NCBI GenBank assembly: GCA_021513715.1
Contig: CP084167.1
Location: 1,184,001-1,248,000 of the forward strand
DNA from: Candidatus Heimdallarchaeum endolithica
GTDB taxonomy: Archaea > Asgardarchaeota > Heimdallarchaeia > Heimdallarchaeales > Heimdallarchaeaceae
DNA length: 64,000 nt
Direction: 5' to 3'
Below, one piece after another: positions 39,137 through 50,146 of this stretch. The stretch's first letter is position 1. Each line of letters starts with the position of its first letter. The notes beneath the pieces are model-generated. The model saw only the letters and a program-made list of their open reading frames with translations, ran no database searches and was not told where the DNA came from. Position numbers and translations under genes: made by a program.

Positions 39137-39352
39137 GATATCACCATCTAATTATGAATATTAAAAAATATAAATCTATGTAAATAAACCCTTTAAGACT
39201 TCACCTATGTTGAAATCTTTAACAAAAAGCAATTATATTGTAATCTTAGAAGTAACTTAATAACAATTTATTTTTAACGATTCTATTTAGGAATAGTCTT
39301 CTATTTAACCCTTAGTAAAATTTTAAATAAAAGCGCAAAGTTCTCTCATCTG

Positions 39353-40366
39353 ATGTCTGATATACCTTTTATTATTATCAATCCTCAAGCTCGTTCTGGC
39401 AAGATAGGAAAAAACCTTGAAAAAATAAAGAAAAAGTTCAAACAATATCTTGGAGAGTTTAAATTCGAATTAACACAATGTCCTTTGGACGAAATAAGGA
39501 TAACAGCTGAAGCTATTGAAAAAGGTTACAAAAAAATACTTGTTTGTGGAGGAGACGGTACAGCTACAAACACAGGAGATGCAATCATAAATTCTGGACA
39601 GAAAGATGTTATTCTGGGTTTAATAAGTGCAGGGAGCATGTGTGACTGGCATAAAACTCATTCAATTCCTTTTGATATGGATAAAAGTTTACAAATCATT
39701 GCAAAAGGATATTATGAATCTTTTCCTGCAATGAAATGCACGGGAGACAAAACTTACTACTCTTTTGACATGGCTGATGGTGGATTCACTGGGGCAGCAG
39801 CTGCAGCAGCACACCATGAAGTGGAGTGGATCAAAAATGGAGACATAAAATACTTATGGTTAGCTCTCAAATATATTTTAGTGTCAAAGAATACTCAAGC
39901 TAAAATAACAATAGATGACAGAAAACCAATCGAGATAAAAGATTTCACCAACCTTATTGTTGCTTTCGGAGACGAAATAGTAGGGTTTAAAGTTCTTCCT
40001 GGAAATGACTATTTTTCAAGAGTAAACAAAGACTTAGGTATTTTTGTTCTTCATAAGCTGAAAGGATTTAGGAGAATTATTATGCTAATTAGAGCTTTAA
40101 GCGCAAAACATGTAGGTAAGAAAGGTGTCTGGTTAACAAGAGGAAAAAAAGTTGTCATAGAAACAGAGAGACCTATCCCTTGGGAGGCAGAAGGAGAGAT
40201 ATTTAATGAAAAATCTCACACAGTAACAATTGAATACATAGATGACGCATTGAAGCTATTCGTTCCAAAGAACAGAACCTACAATGATAAAATAGACGAA
40301 AATATCTATAATGAACCTTTTGAGAATTCATTCAAAAAAAGAAAAGTAGAAATTTATAAAAAATAA
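39353..40366 (+). CDS. Diacylglycerol kinase family lipid kinase
   Basis: IINP..R.G, GGDGT and EGE motifs. Confidence 0.85.
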   Translation: MSDIPFIIINPQARSGKIGKNLEKIKKKFKQYLGEFKFELTQCPLDEIRITAEAIEKGYKKILVCGGDGTATNTGDAIINSGQKDVILGLISAGSMCDWHKTHSIPFDMDKSLQIIAKGYYESFPAMKCTGDKTYYSFDMADGGFTGAAAAAAHHEVEWIKNGDIKYLWLALKYILVSKNTQAKITIDDRKPIEIKDFTNLIVAFGDEIVGFKVLPGNDYFSRVNKDLGIFVLHKLKGFRRIIMLIRALSAKHVGKKGVWLTRGKKVVIETERPIPWEAEGEIFNEKSHTVTIEYIDDALKLFVPKNRTYNDKIDENIYNEPFENSFKKRKVEIYKK

Positions 40367-40368
40367 TT

Positions 40369-42324
40369 CTACTTTCTATTTTCTAACTTTTTTGACCAAG
40401 TATCTTTTAGTGTTATAATGCGATTGAAAACTAAATTGTCTTTTGTTGTATCTTTGTCAATAATGAAATAACCTAATCTCTCGAATTGGTACCTTGATCC
40501 TACTTCTGCTTTTGCGAGGAATGACTCCACAAAACCTTTTACTATTTTTAATGAATCAGGGTTTATGTAATCAGTGAAATCTTTTCCTTCCTCTACATCT
40601 AAAGGATTTTCTTTTAAGAATAATCTATCGTATAACCTTATTTCTGCAGGTATAGCATTCTTCTCAGATATCCAATGAATACTTACTTTTACTTCTGGGT
40701 CGTCTTTAGTAGAACAGGTTTTTGAATCTGGATCATAAGAACAGTGTAACTCTTTGATTTTTCCTGTTTTTTCATCTTTAACTACTTTCTCGCATTTGAT
40801 TGTGTAACTATACTTCAACTTAACTTTTCTTCCTGGTGCGAGTCTGTAGAAATCTTCAGGAGGTTTTTCCTTGAAGTCACTATTATCGATATAGATTACT
40901 TTACTGAAAGTTATTACTCTTTTACCCATATCTTTGTTTCGAGTATGATTATTCACTTCTATTTTTTCTTCTTTGTCATCTGGATAATTGGTTATTATTA
41001 CTTTCAAGGGCTCAATTACACTCATAACTCTGGGGCAGCGTTCTTCTAGATCTTCCCTTATATAATGTTCCAATATTGAAAAATCAACTATTCTTTCTCT
41101 TTTAGATACACCTATACCATCAGTGAACTTTTTTATTGCTTCAGGAGTAACTCCTCGTCTTCTGAAAGCAGCAATTGTAGGCATGCGAGGGTCATCCCAA
41201 CCATCCACTATTCCTTCACTTACCAAGTGTAGCAGTTTTCTTTTACTCATCACCGTATAAGAAAGATTTAATCTAGCGAACTCTATTTGCTGTGGATGAA
41301 AGATAGGATTTCCTTCCTCATCTTCTAGTTGTTCTAGAAACCAATCATACAGCTCTCTATGTACCTCAAATTCTAAGGTACAAATAGAGTGCGTTATTCC
41401 TTCAATAGAGTCTTCTAAACCATGAGCCCAATCATATAATGGATATATACACCATTTGTCTCCAGTATTATGGTGTGTTCTATGTAATATTCTGTAAATT
41501 ACAGGATCCCTCATTAAGAGATTAGGGTGGGACATATCAATTTTAGCTCGTAAGACTTTTTCTCCATCAACGAACTCTCCATTCTTCATTCTTTCAAATA
41601 AAGCCAGATTTTCTTCTATGCTCCTATTTCTATACGGGCTTTCTTTTCCTAGTTCTGTTACTGTTCCTCTTAATTTTCTTATTTCTTCAACACTCAAATC
41701 GTCAACATATGCTTTTCCTTTTTTAATTAATTGAACTGCATATTCATATAATCTATCAAAATAGTCAGAAGCAAAGAAGAGTCTATCTTCCCAATCAGCT
41801 CCTAGCCATTTAACATCTTCAATAATTGATTTTACATATTCTTCCTCTTCAGTAATGGGGTTAGTGTCATCAAACCTGAGGTTGAATTTACCATTATACT
41901 CTTTTGCTATCCCATAATTGAGGTTAACAGAAACAGCATGTCCAATATGTAGATACCCATTTGGTTCTGGAGGAAAACGAGTATGAACTCTTCCATTATA
42001 TTTTCCTGTTTTCATATCTTCGTTTATTATTTTACGAATAAAATCAATTTCTTTTGTTTCTTTTACTTCTTCTTTCTCTTCCGAAAGTAGCTCAGGGTAT
42101 TTTCGTTGAATAAGTTGCTTAGTTTCATCTAGAGGTTGTGCATTGAGTTTTTCTATCATATCAAATACAATTTCTTTTAATTTTTTTGCACGACCTCGAA
42201 GCTCAGGATGGTTTGACATTAATTTACCCATCACAGCGCTAAGTTTCGCGTTGCCAAATTCTAGAATATTCTCTAGTACATATTTTTCAATGATGTCTTC
42301 TTCGGAATTCATTGTGACAAACAA
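40369..42324 (-). CDS. glnS: Glutamine--tRNA ligase with archaeal GluRS-like N-terminal domain
   Basis: [37 protein letters not shown] and MSKRKL motifs; C-terminal beta-barrels with QFERLGYF. Confidence 0.92.
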   Translation of the reverse strand: MFVTMNSEEDIIEKYVLENILEFGNAKLSAVMGKLMSNHPELRGRAKKLKEIVFDMIEKLNAQPLDETKQLIQRKYPELLSEEKEEVKETKEIDFIRKIINEDMKTGKYNGRVHTRFPPEPNGYLHIGHAVSVNLNYGIAKEYNGKFNLRFDDTNPITEEEEYVKSIIEDVKWLGADWEDRLFFASDYFDRLYEYAVQLIKKGKAYVDDLSVEEIRKLRGTVTELGKESPYRNRSIEENLALFERMKNGEFVDGEKVLRAKIDMSHPNLLMRDPVIYRILHRTHHNTGDKWCIYPLYDWAHGLEDSIEGITHSICTLEFEVHRELYDWFLEQLEDEEGNPIFHPQQIEFARLNLSYTVMSKRKLLHLVSEGIVDGWDDPRMPTIAAFRRRGVTPEAIKKFTDGIGVSKRERIVDFSILEHYIREDLEERCPRVMSVIEPLKVIITNYPDDKEEKIEVNNHTRNKDMGKRVITFSKVIYIDNSDFKEKPPEDFYRLAPGRKVKLKYSYTIKCEKVVKDEKTGKIKELHCSYDPDSKTCSTKDDPEVKVSIHWISEKNAIPAEIRLYDRLFLKENPLDVEEGKDFTDYINPDSLKIVKGFVESFLAKAEVGSRYQFERLGYFIIDKDTTKDNLVFNRIITLKDTWSKKLENRK

Positions 42325-42479
42325 TAAATTTTCATTAAATTAAAATCTTTAGTCTTTAGATAAAAGAGAGTTAAAGATAAAGGTGTTTAATTTATTTTTT
42401 CCTCTTCAGGGAACTTTGATTTAGATATCACTATTTTGTAAAAAAGGATTAATTATCTACTACTCAAGAAATATTAAGG

Positions 42480-43688
42480 CTACTCTATTAGTGGTTGAGG
42501 AGCATGAGTTAATTGCTTTACTTTTGTTTTTTCAACTGCATAAGTATTTTCTGAACCTAATGTCATCCTATTTGGAAAGATCAATTTGGGTTCAACTGCA
42601 AGAACATTTCCTTCTTGAATCATATAATCAGACCTTCTAATTATAACTGGAAAATCGTTTAATTCTAAACCGACCCCATGAGCAAGAAATGGTATTTGTC
42701 CTCCTAACATCATTGTTTTATCTAATCCTAGCTCTTTAGCGAATTCATAGGACTCCATATAAATTTCAGAAACTTTTTTTCCTACTTTTAATAGCTCAAC
42801 CACCTTTTTCTCACACAACCAAGACTGATAGTATAATTCTTTAATAGAATCAGAAGGATTGCCAAAAACATAACATCTTGTTTCATCAGCGATGTAGCCT
42901 TTATAAGTAGTAGAAATGTCAACAAGAACTAGTTCATCCTGTTTAATCTTTTTCCTACTAGGCCCCCAAGGGTTAGATTGGTGCAATCCAGGGCCTGCTG
43001 TTGCTGTTAATGTATAACTAGAGATACCTGTATTAAGTCCTGATAAAACAATTCCATTACCCCCTGCTTCTGTATAAAAATCTCGGCTTCTCACTGAAGC
43101 TTGAGCTCCATTTTTCCTCATTTCAGCATATAACAATCCACTTGCTTCTATCTCTGTCATTCCAGGTTTTATTATTTCTGGAACATTGGAGTGAACTTCA
43201 TCCAAAATTTTTGCTGCCTTTGCTATGTGGCTAATCTCGTTTTTAGACTTTGATGAACGTATTTCTCTTAATACTCGACCAATGGAAATAACTTTTTTCT
43301 CTGGAAATAGCTTTGCTAATTTTTGAAATAGATCATAAGGCAAAACATCTCCTTCCAAACCAACTAACCCTTTTTTTCCGAGTTCAAACTCTTTTTTTTC
43401 TAAATAGTTGATTATTTCACTTGTTCTGTGAATTGGGACAATATTTTCGATTATTGTTTCTTCTTTTATTCTATCAAGCACCCTTCGAGCGAACAGTATA
43501 CTTTCTCCTTCTTGGGGAACAAATAACAGGCAAGATTGCCCTGTTCCAGAATAATAATACAGATCTGACTTATATTGAATAATAGAAAAGTCAATATTCA
43601 TTTCAGTTAATTTTTTTTGTAAACGTTTAATCCTTTCTTCAAACTCTTCTTTTGGAATATCATCTTTTTCTAAAATCATTAAGTTCAA
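42480..43688 (-). CDS. M24 family (Xaa-Pro) aminopeptidase
   Basis: Creatinase-like N-domain; D...Y.GY.AD, HGVGLE, EP and E metal ligands. Confidence 0.9.
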   Translation of the reverse strand: MNLMILEKDDIPKEEFEERIKRLQKKLTEMNIDFSIIQYKSDLYYYSGTGQSCLLFVPQEGESILFARRVLDRIKEETIIENIVPIHRTSEIINYLEKKEFELGKKGLVGLEGDVLPYDLFQKLAKLFPEKKVISIGRVLREIRSSKSKNEISHIAKAAKILDEVHSNVPEIIKPGMTEIEASGLLYAEMRKNGAQASVRSRDFYTEAGGNGIVLSGLNTGISSYTLTATAGPGLHQSNPWGPSRKKIKQDELVLVDISTTYKGYIADETRCYVFGNPSDSIKELYYQSWLCEKKVVELLKVGKKVSEIYMESYEFAKELGLDKTMMLGGQIPFLAHGVGLELNDFPVIIRRSDYMIQEGNVLAVEPKLIFPNRMTLGSENTYAVEKTKVKQLTHAPQPLIE

Positions 43689-43730
43689 AAAAAAATGTAT
43701 GTTAAAATACTTTCGAAAGGTATTTTGCTC

Positions 43731-44402
43731 TTAAACTATCTTTACCCATCTAGGTTCGTACTCGTATTTTGCAAATTTTACTCTTATTAGTTGAGTTGGC
43801 CCTTTTTCTATGTCATCTTCTCTTCTTGTTTCAACCATCATATCAGCTATACTATGAAGAGAACGTTCTATTTTTTCATCCATTACTCCTTTATCTAAGA
43901 CAAGTAGAGCACATTGATTACGAAGTCTAATTCTAGCTGCAACTGTTTGGATGAAATTAATCACTTGCATAGGATCATTATAAAGCATTAATAGCGAAAA
44001 TTGATCAAAAACTATTCTTAATTTATTACTCTGTTGAGAACGTTCATTAATACTCACAGAAATTGACAATAGGTCATTTGCTTTCTCTATAATTGTAGTA
44101 TTAGGTGTTTTTTCTTTGGGTAAAGCTCTAAAAGAAAAAACATCGATAAAATTCAATCTTCCTTTCTCTATATGTTCATCTATATTGTCTATACGTTTTT
44201 TCAGAATATTAAGCGTATCAAGAGCAGAGTTAGCATATAATACTAAAAGAACAGAATCACCATTATTCAATCCATCTTCAATGAATCTGTACATCATTTC
44301 TCTCTTTGAAGTACCAGATTCACCTGTCATTAATATCAGTGAAGAATCTATGGATCTTGTTAAGATATCTATTCTTGTTTTAACTGACATACTAACCCTC
44401 AC
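43731..44402 (-). CDS. KaiC/RAD55-like P-loop domain protein (degenerate Walker A)
   Basis: GESGTSK, FID and RIVFD.FS.L motifs. Confidence 0.8.
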   Translation of the reverse strand: MRVSMSVKTRIDILTRSIDSSLILMTGESGTSKREMMYRFIEDGLNNGDSVLLVLYANSALDTLNILKKRIDNIDEHIEKGRLNFIDVFSFRALPKEKTPNTTIIEKANDLLSISVSINERSQQSNKLRIVFDQFSLLMLYNDPMQVINFIQTVAARIRLRNQCALLVLDKGVMDEKIERSLHSIADMMVETRREDDIEKGPTQLIRVKFAKYEYEPRWVKIV

Positions 44403-44403
44403 T

Positions 44404-45138
44404 TTATTTACTCATAGCTTTAACAGCTTCTTGGCAGAATATTAATGCTTCAGAAATAAGGTTGCTTTTATCTACGTTTTGAGAACCTAAACGTAGTTTG
44501 AAACAAGTATGTACCACTTCAGAAGGTAATTTATCAGCATATTTCTCCTTAATAATGTCTTGAACATTGCTTCTATAGAATTCTTTTTCTCCACTATAAT
44601 ACATGAATGCACAAGCGCATCCTAAGACTGCATCTACAGTCATGTAAATTGCCTGATATTCATCTTCTGGAGGATATAGCACTAAATCTTTCATTTGATT
44701 ATAAAATTCTGTCCCCATTGCTTTTGCTGACTCTTTTATTGCATCTTCAGTAACTTTTAAAGCTGAAAATGGGTTTTTTCCAATCAGTTCTCTTCCTTTT
44801 TGGGCTAAAAGGATTTGAGTAGCAGGCAATGATGAAATTGAAGAAGATTCTAGAACTTTAACATCAATTAGTGAAGCAAATAATGGGTCTTCTAAATATT
44901 TAGAAATTATTTTACCTAATTTACTAATGGTTTTTTCCCACTTATCTTTTGCTGCAAATTTTTCATCAATTATTACTAAAAAATCACAGTCTGATTCTCC
45001 TGCGATGTGTACGTTATCAACTACACTTCCAACAAGAAGAAGACTTTTTACTTCTTTCTCAAGTTGTTTTTTTATATCCTTAGAAAACTCATCGATCAAA
45101 CTTTGGTATTCATCTCTTGTAAAGCCCATTTCTTTCAC
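44404..45138 (-). CDS. Nucleotidyltransferase (Pol-beta type) with helical C-terminal domain
   Basis: LLVGS...SDCDFLVII motif. Confidence 0.75.
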   Translation of the reverse strand: MKEMGFTRDEYQSLIDEFSKDIKKQLEKEVKSLLLVGSVVDNVHIAGESDCDFLVIIDEKFAAKDKWEKTISKLGKIISKYLEDPLFASLIDVKVLESSSISSLPATQILLAQKGRELIGKNPFSALKVTEDAIKESAKAMGTEFYNQMKDLVLYPPEDEYQAIYMTVDAVLGCACAFMYYSGEKEFYRSNVQDIIKEKYADKLPSEVVHTCFKLRLGSQNVDKSNLISEALIFCQEAVKAMSK

Positions 45139-45375
45139 CTTTTTGTTTATGCGAACATGTTTTTATATACTATAAATAATTTACTGATTATAATAATTTT
45201 TTCTGTTTTACAGTAAAAATAGAGAAAAAAAGTAGAATAATAGGAGAATAAAAAGAAAAAACAGTTTCTCAATACTGGAAGCGAAAAACAAATAACCCCT
45301 ACATTTAGAACATCATATTAGGGAAAACGCTTAATTATATTGTATCAAAATTAGTTAATATACAGCTTTTTCTAT

Positions 45376-48303
45376 GTGATTACTATGGGCAAAAAGAAGA
45401 AGTCAATTCAAATCAACCAAGAGATTATTTATGGACACACTCTTACTCCAGATGAAGTTGCTCTTAAATTAGGGACAGATCTTAAATTTGGTTTAAAAGA
45501 GAAAGATATTGAAAAAAGGCAAGATATGTTTGGAAAAAATGTTATTCCTCCTGTTAAAGGAAACATTTGGGATGTTTACTTAGCTCCTCTTTTTAATTGG
45601 TTGATTAATATTTATTTAATCGTTGCTGCGATTTTAGCCATTTTAGCAATCTGGGTTCCTGGTCAATGGTCTCAGATAGGTTTTTGGATGATTATAATAT
45701 TGTTTAATGTTGCATTTACCATTTTTCAGCAAGTTAGAGCACAGTTTAAGCTTGATGCTTTACATAAGTTAACAGCTCCTACCTCTGTTGTAATTCGAGA
45801 TGCCATTCCTGATACTGTAGAAGCTGCAGAACTTGTCCCTGGAGACTTAATAGAACTAGATCAAGGAGATAGGGTGCCTGCAGATGCTAGAATAATTCAA
45901 GCAAATAATTGTTTAGTTAATGAATCAGCATTAACTGGGGAATCTATTGCTGTTGAAAAAACAAACAACCCAAAAATTACTTTACCTATGGATACACCTA
46001 TTGGTCAAAGAAGCAATATGCTTTTTACTGGAACATATATAGAAAGTGGAAGAGCTGTAGCTATTGTAACCAATACAGGTATATTCACTGAACTTGGAAA
46101 ATTATCAAAAGAGCTTGAGAATATAAGTACAAACGAGATTCCGATTAGAGCTAAGGTTAACAGACTAGCAATGTGGTTAGGAATAGCTGTAGTTTCATAT
46201 TTGATAATCTCTATTATTTACAAAGTTATTTATCATCTTAAAAGAGGAACTTTAGAAAATGTTGATATCTTTCTTCAAGATATCGTTTCTTCTCTTACAA
46301 CTTCAATGGCAATAATGCCAATTTCTATTCCTCTTCTAACTACACTTATTTTGATTACAGGAGTTCTCTCAATGGCTAAAAAAAGAGTAATTATTAGAAA
46401 TTTGTCTGCAGTTGAGACTCTTGGTAGAAGTTCTATCTTATGCACTGACAAAACAGGTACTATTACAGCCAATCAAATGACTATTCAGAGGATTTGGGAT
46501 ACATCTTTGTTTTATGGTGTTTCAGGTACAGGATATAGTAATCGAGGAGCTATTTTCCCGATTGGAGAAGAAAGAGAAGTAAAAATCGAAGAATATATGA
46601 TTCCAGATTATTCAAGACCCTTTACTAAAGGTTCTCCCCTACAAGATATTCTAATTGGAGGTTTCTTAAATAATAATGCTCACTTAGTTGTAGAAGAAGT
46701 TTTTGAACCTTTCCATCAAACCTCTTGGAAAACGACAGGAGACCCTACTGATGGAGCTTTTCTTGCATTATTTAACAAATCAGGATTAAGAGAAGAGGAA
46801 GTCAAGAAAGAATTCGGTTTTCTTAAAGAATTTAATTTTGATTCCACAATTAAAAGGATGAGTAAACTTTACGAAATAGAAGAAGGTTATATTCTATTCT
46901 GCAAAGGTGCAACAGAAACTGTGTTACCCTTATGTAATAGTATAGGTTCATCTTCAAGCTTTACTCTTTTGACTGAAGAAAAAAGAAAAGAGATTATTGA
47001 AAACGTTAACTACTTTGCATCTCAAGGTTATAGAGTAATCTCATTAGCTTTACGAATTTTGCCCAAGGGAGATCTAATTCCTGATAGGAGAGAAGAAATA
47101 GAAAGAGATCTGGTATACAATGGTTTTGTTGCCATGCTTGATCCTCCCAGATATAGTGTTAAAGAAGCAGTGGAAGAATGTTATAATGCTCAAATAACTC
47201 CAATTATGATTACTGGTGATTCTCTCTTAACAGCTAAAGCAATTGGTAGAGAAGTGGGAATAATTAGAGAGGAACAATTGGCAGTAGAAGGAAATAAAAT
47301 CTCTGAACTATCTGATGAAGAGTTTTTTAACACAAGAATTTTTGCTAGAGTTTCACCTCAACATAAACAAGAGATTGTCGCAAAATACAAAAGTAAAAAT
47401 AAAATTGTTAGTATGACAGGAGATGGAGTAAACGATGCTTTGGCCTTAACTAATGCAGATGTAGGAATATGTATGGGTATTGCTGGGACAGATGTGGCTA
47501 AACAAGCTTCTGATGTTGTTATTGCAGATGATAGTTTTACAAGTACTGTTTTAGGAATAAGAGAAGGAAGAGGTTTATTCGAAAAAATAAGAGTTATGAT
47601 CTTTTTCTATATTACATTAAATGTTGCAGAAGCACTAGTTTACTTTACTAGCTCATTTATTCCAGGTTTTCATTTATTAAATGAGTATCAAAGAGTAATT
47701 ATTTTCTCAACTGCGCATACTATCCCCCCTCTTGCTTTCATAGCTGATTCAATAGCAAGTGATATAATGAATTATCCACCAAAAGATAACGAGGATATAT
47801 TTAACAAAAGATATGTCATTGCTTTAGCTTCTCTGGCTACTACACTTGCTCTATCCTCTGGATTAATATACATTTTAGCTTATACTGGAATTATTCCTGT
47901 GTACTCTTTTAATCAAGCAATACCTTTAGCTGAAGACATCCTAAACGCTGCACAATCTTGGGAGCAAGCTAAAGCTAGAACTATGTTTGTAATGGTACTA
48001 GTTATTAGTGAAAGTTTAGTAGTTCTTTCTTTAAGAAGGTTCAACAAGGGTTTATTAAAATCTCTAAAAGAAGATTGGAAAAACATAGTTATGGTTTTAG
48101 TTCTGGTAGTTCCTATTGGGCATATTTTAACCATGTATATTTTACCTTTCCAGAACTTTCTAAAAAATGCCATTGGGTTCAATTTAGAATATCTTCCATT
48201 ATCAATTGTAGATTGGTTAATTTTACTACCAGCTATTCTTTTCCCAATAATAGCACTAGAGAGTACAAAATGGCTAATTAGAAAAAAGAAGAAATATTTC
48301 TGA
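45376..48303 (+). CDS. P-type ATPase (P2A-like scaffold, atypical transport site)
   Basis: TGES, DKTGT, KGA, DPPR, TGD and GDGVND motifs; about 10 TM helices. Confidence 0.93.
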   Translation: MITMGKKKKSIQINQEIIYGHTLTPDEVALKLGTDLKFGLKEKDIEKRQDMFGKNVIPPVKGNIWDVYLAPLFNWLINIYLIVAAILAILAIWVPGQWSQIGFWMIIILFNVAFTIFQQVRAQFKLDALHKLTAPTSVVIRDAIPDTVEAAELVPGDLIELDQGDRVPADARIIQANNCLVNESALTGESIAVEKTNNPKITLPMDTPIGQRSNMLFTGTYIESGRAVAIVTNTGIFTELGKLSKELENISTNEIPIRAKVNRLAMWLGIAVVSYLIISIIYKVIYHLKRGTLENVDIFLQDIVSSLTTSMAIMPISIPLLTTLILITGVLSMAKKRVIIRNLSAVETLGRSSILCTDKTGTITANQMTIQRIWDTSLFYGVSGTGYSNRGAIFPIGEEREVKIEEYMIPDYSRPFTKGSPLQDILIGGFLNNNAHLVVEEVFEPFHQTSWKTTGDPTDGAFLALFNKSGLREEEVKKEFGFLKEFNFDSTIKRMSKLYEIEEGYILFCKGATETVLPLCNSIGSSSSFTLLTEEKRKEIIENVNYFASQGYRVISLALRILPKGDLIPDRREEIERDLVYNGFVAMLDPPRYSVKEAVEECYNAQITPIMITGDSLLTAKAIGREVGIIREEQLAVEGNKISELSDEEFFNTRIFARVSPQHKQEIVAKYKSKNKIVSMTGDGVNDALALTNADVGICMGIAGTDVAKQASDVVIADDSFTSTVLGIREGRGLFEKIRVMIFFYITLNVAEALVYFTSSFIPGFHLLNEYQRVIIFSTAHTIPPLAFIADSIASDIMNYPPKDNEDIFNKRYVIALASLATTLALSSGLIYILAYTGIIPVYSFNQAIPLAEDILNAAQSWEQAKARTMFVMVLVISESLVVLSLRRFNKGLLKSLKEDWKNIVMVLVLVVPIGHILTMYILPFQNFLKNAIGFNLEYLPLSIVDWLILLPAILFPIIALESTKWLIRKKKKYF

Positions 48304-48370
48304 AAACCATTTAAAACCTACTATTCTTTTTTTCTGCGTAAATGTTATTAAGGGAGAAGTTGAAAAACGA

Positions 48371-48751
48371 ATGAAAATGATTGGAGTAAATTATCATATC
48401 AAAATGATAATACCTAATAAAGGCGAAATAAATGCAGAGTTGATAAGAATTAAAGCTCCTCAGTTAACTGAACAGTTAGTCAGAATACTACCTTTGAACA
48501 CTAGAGCTATCAGGAGAGGAAATATTTTCTTGATTCCAATTAACCAGACTTTTGGTATTGAAAAACCAATAAAAAAAGTAAAAAAGAGTGATCTTGTCTA
48601 TGACCCTAAATCCCAAGCAATTTTAATTATTTTAGAAAATACAGAACTAGACTTTAGAGTAGCACAAATAGGAACAGTTGTTAAGAATCTTGAATTAATT
48701 CAAAAACTAAAAACGACTGTGGGAGTAAGAATTGAAAGTTTAAATCAATGA
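48371..48751 (+). CDS. Cyclophilin-like (TM1367/DUF369-like) protein
   Basis: G.I.AEL....AP......R.LP and E........DL.Y.P...AI.I patterns. Confidence 0.6.
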   Translation: MKMIGVNYHIKMIIPNKGEINAELIRIKAPQLTEQLVRILPLNTRAIRRGNIFLIPINQTFGIEKPIKKVKKSDLVYDPKSQAILIILENTELDFRVAQIGTVVKNLELIQKLKTTVGVRIESLNQ

Positions 48752-48787
48752 TGCAAAGCAAATTTCTTTTTTAGCCTAATATCTTTC

Positions 48788-48988
48788 TTATTTTTCATCT
48801 TCAACTATAATTCGTTGAAGAAAGATGTTACACTCTTTACAAACTAAAAAATCAAAAGTTTCTTTTTCTTTATAATAAATTTGGAAATGCATTGGTTTAT
48901 TACATTTTCCACATTTTACATCAGTCTCTTGCTCTTCAATTAGAATCAATTCATTTACATCGACTCTTGGAGAAACATATTTTTGCAT
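48788..48988 (-). CDS. Small zinc-ribbon protein
   Basis: CGKC...CKEC in 66 aa. Confidence 0.6.
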   Translation of the reverse strand: MQKYVSPRVDVNELILIEEQETDVKCGKCNKPMHFQIYYKEKETFDFLVCKECNIFLQRIIVEDEK

Positions 48989-49109
48989 TGGACAACAACT
49001 CTTAGATTCTCAAGGAAAAAATGAATATTTATTAATAAAGCTTTTTAAGCAAAATATAGTAAAAATGGATTCAAAAGAATCCTTTAGTTTATTTTGACTT
49101 TTAAGTTGT

Positions 49110-49397
49110 TTAGCTTCTTCGAAGTGTAATATCGATAGTACTTACAGTCTTTACTCCAGTATCAGTTTCTATTTCTTCAGAGCCTATTTTGGTGTCATAA
49201 ATTTTGATCTGTTCAGCTAGGAATTTGCGAGTGCTAATTTCTGCCACATCAACAGCTTTGCTTATTGAACGGCCACGAGCTTTGAGAATACATTCATCAG
49301 CTCCTTTGTTAAAGATAGTTACTACTACTAGACAGTAAGACATTGTTCCTTTTCTTCCGATGTAAATTATTTGTTGATCTTGTTGTTCTTCAGACAT
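49110..49397 (-). CDS. albA: DNA/RNA-binding protein Alba
   Basis: IYIG.K..MSY, KARGRSISKAVDVAE and VSTIDI motifs. Confidence 0.95.
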   Translation of the reverse strand: MSEEQQDQQIIYIGRKGTMSYCLVVVTIFNKGADECILKARGRSISKAVDVAEISTRKFLAEQIKIYDTKIGSEEIETDTGVKTVSTIDITLRRS

Positions 49398-49498
49398 GTT
49401 TATCCATCCTCGTTAATTGGTTTTAATGAATTTTTCAAATTGATATTTATAAAGTTTATTAACTGGTAAACATTGAAAGGCAAAAGTGAAGTAAAAAA

Positions 49499-50074
49499 TT
49501 AAGGCTTATATCTATCAAATAAGAAAAAGTGTAATTTTCCTTTCATTTTAGTAGCTAGAACGAAGTTTTTTCGTACTGTAGTTGCGAGTCTTCCAGCTCT
49601 AACTAATTCAATAGGATTAATAGATCCTTCCTTTTTTATAATTTGAACAAGATAAGGTGAGTGTTCTAACCCAGGTCCCTTAGTGTAAACAGCGAAATCA
49701 GTACCAAACTTTAGTCCTGGCTTGACAACATAACCTTTCTCTCTTAGATGTTTGTAAACTTCCATTTTCTGGTTGAAATTAATGTGATTTTCTCTGCATC
49801 TCTTCAGAAACTGTTTTTTGTCCAAAAGATTATTTTCTTCATCAAAAATTTCAATTATTTTTTTTTCCTGAAGAAAAAAAGCTTCAAAATATGAGAGCTC
49901 TAATGGGTCCCTAAATTCATCACCTAGGTTAGGTTTTCTAACTCCTATAGGTTTTCCATAAAATCCATTATTATACAACCATGTTCCTTTCTCTAGATCC
50001 CATACGACTACTCTGTTACCAATAAATTGAGCTTTGATTAATTCATTCATTCTTGCTAATAGTGAATTAACCAT
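49499..50074 (-). CDS. endA: tRNA splicing endonuclease
   Basis: GLKFGTDFAVY..GPG.EHS and GRLA..VRK (catalytic Y, H, K). Confidence 0.93.
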   Translation of the reverse strand: MVNSLLARMNELIKAQFIGNRVVVWDLEKGTWLYNNGFYGKPIGVRKPNLGDEFRDPLELSYFEAFFLQEKKIIEIFDEENNLLDKKQFLKRCRENHINFNQKMEVYKHLREKGYVVKPGLKFGTDFAVYTKGPGLEHSPYLVQIIKKEGSINPIELVRAGRLATTVRKNFVLATKMKGKLHFFLFDRYKP

Positions 50075-50146
50075 TTTTATTTTTATGTTTTTTAGTGAAA
50101 AAAAACCACAAAAAATAAAGATAATGACGATTTTATTTAATCATAG

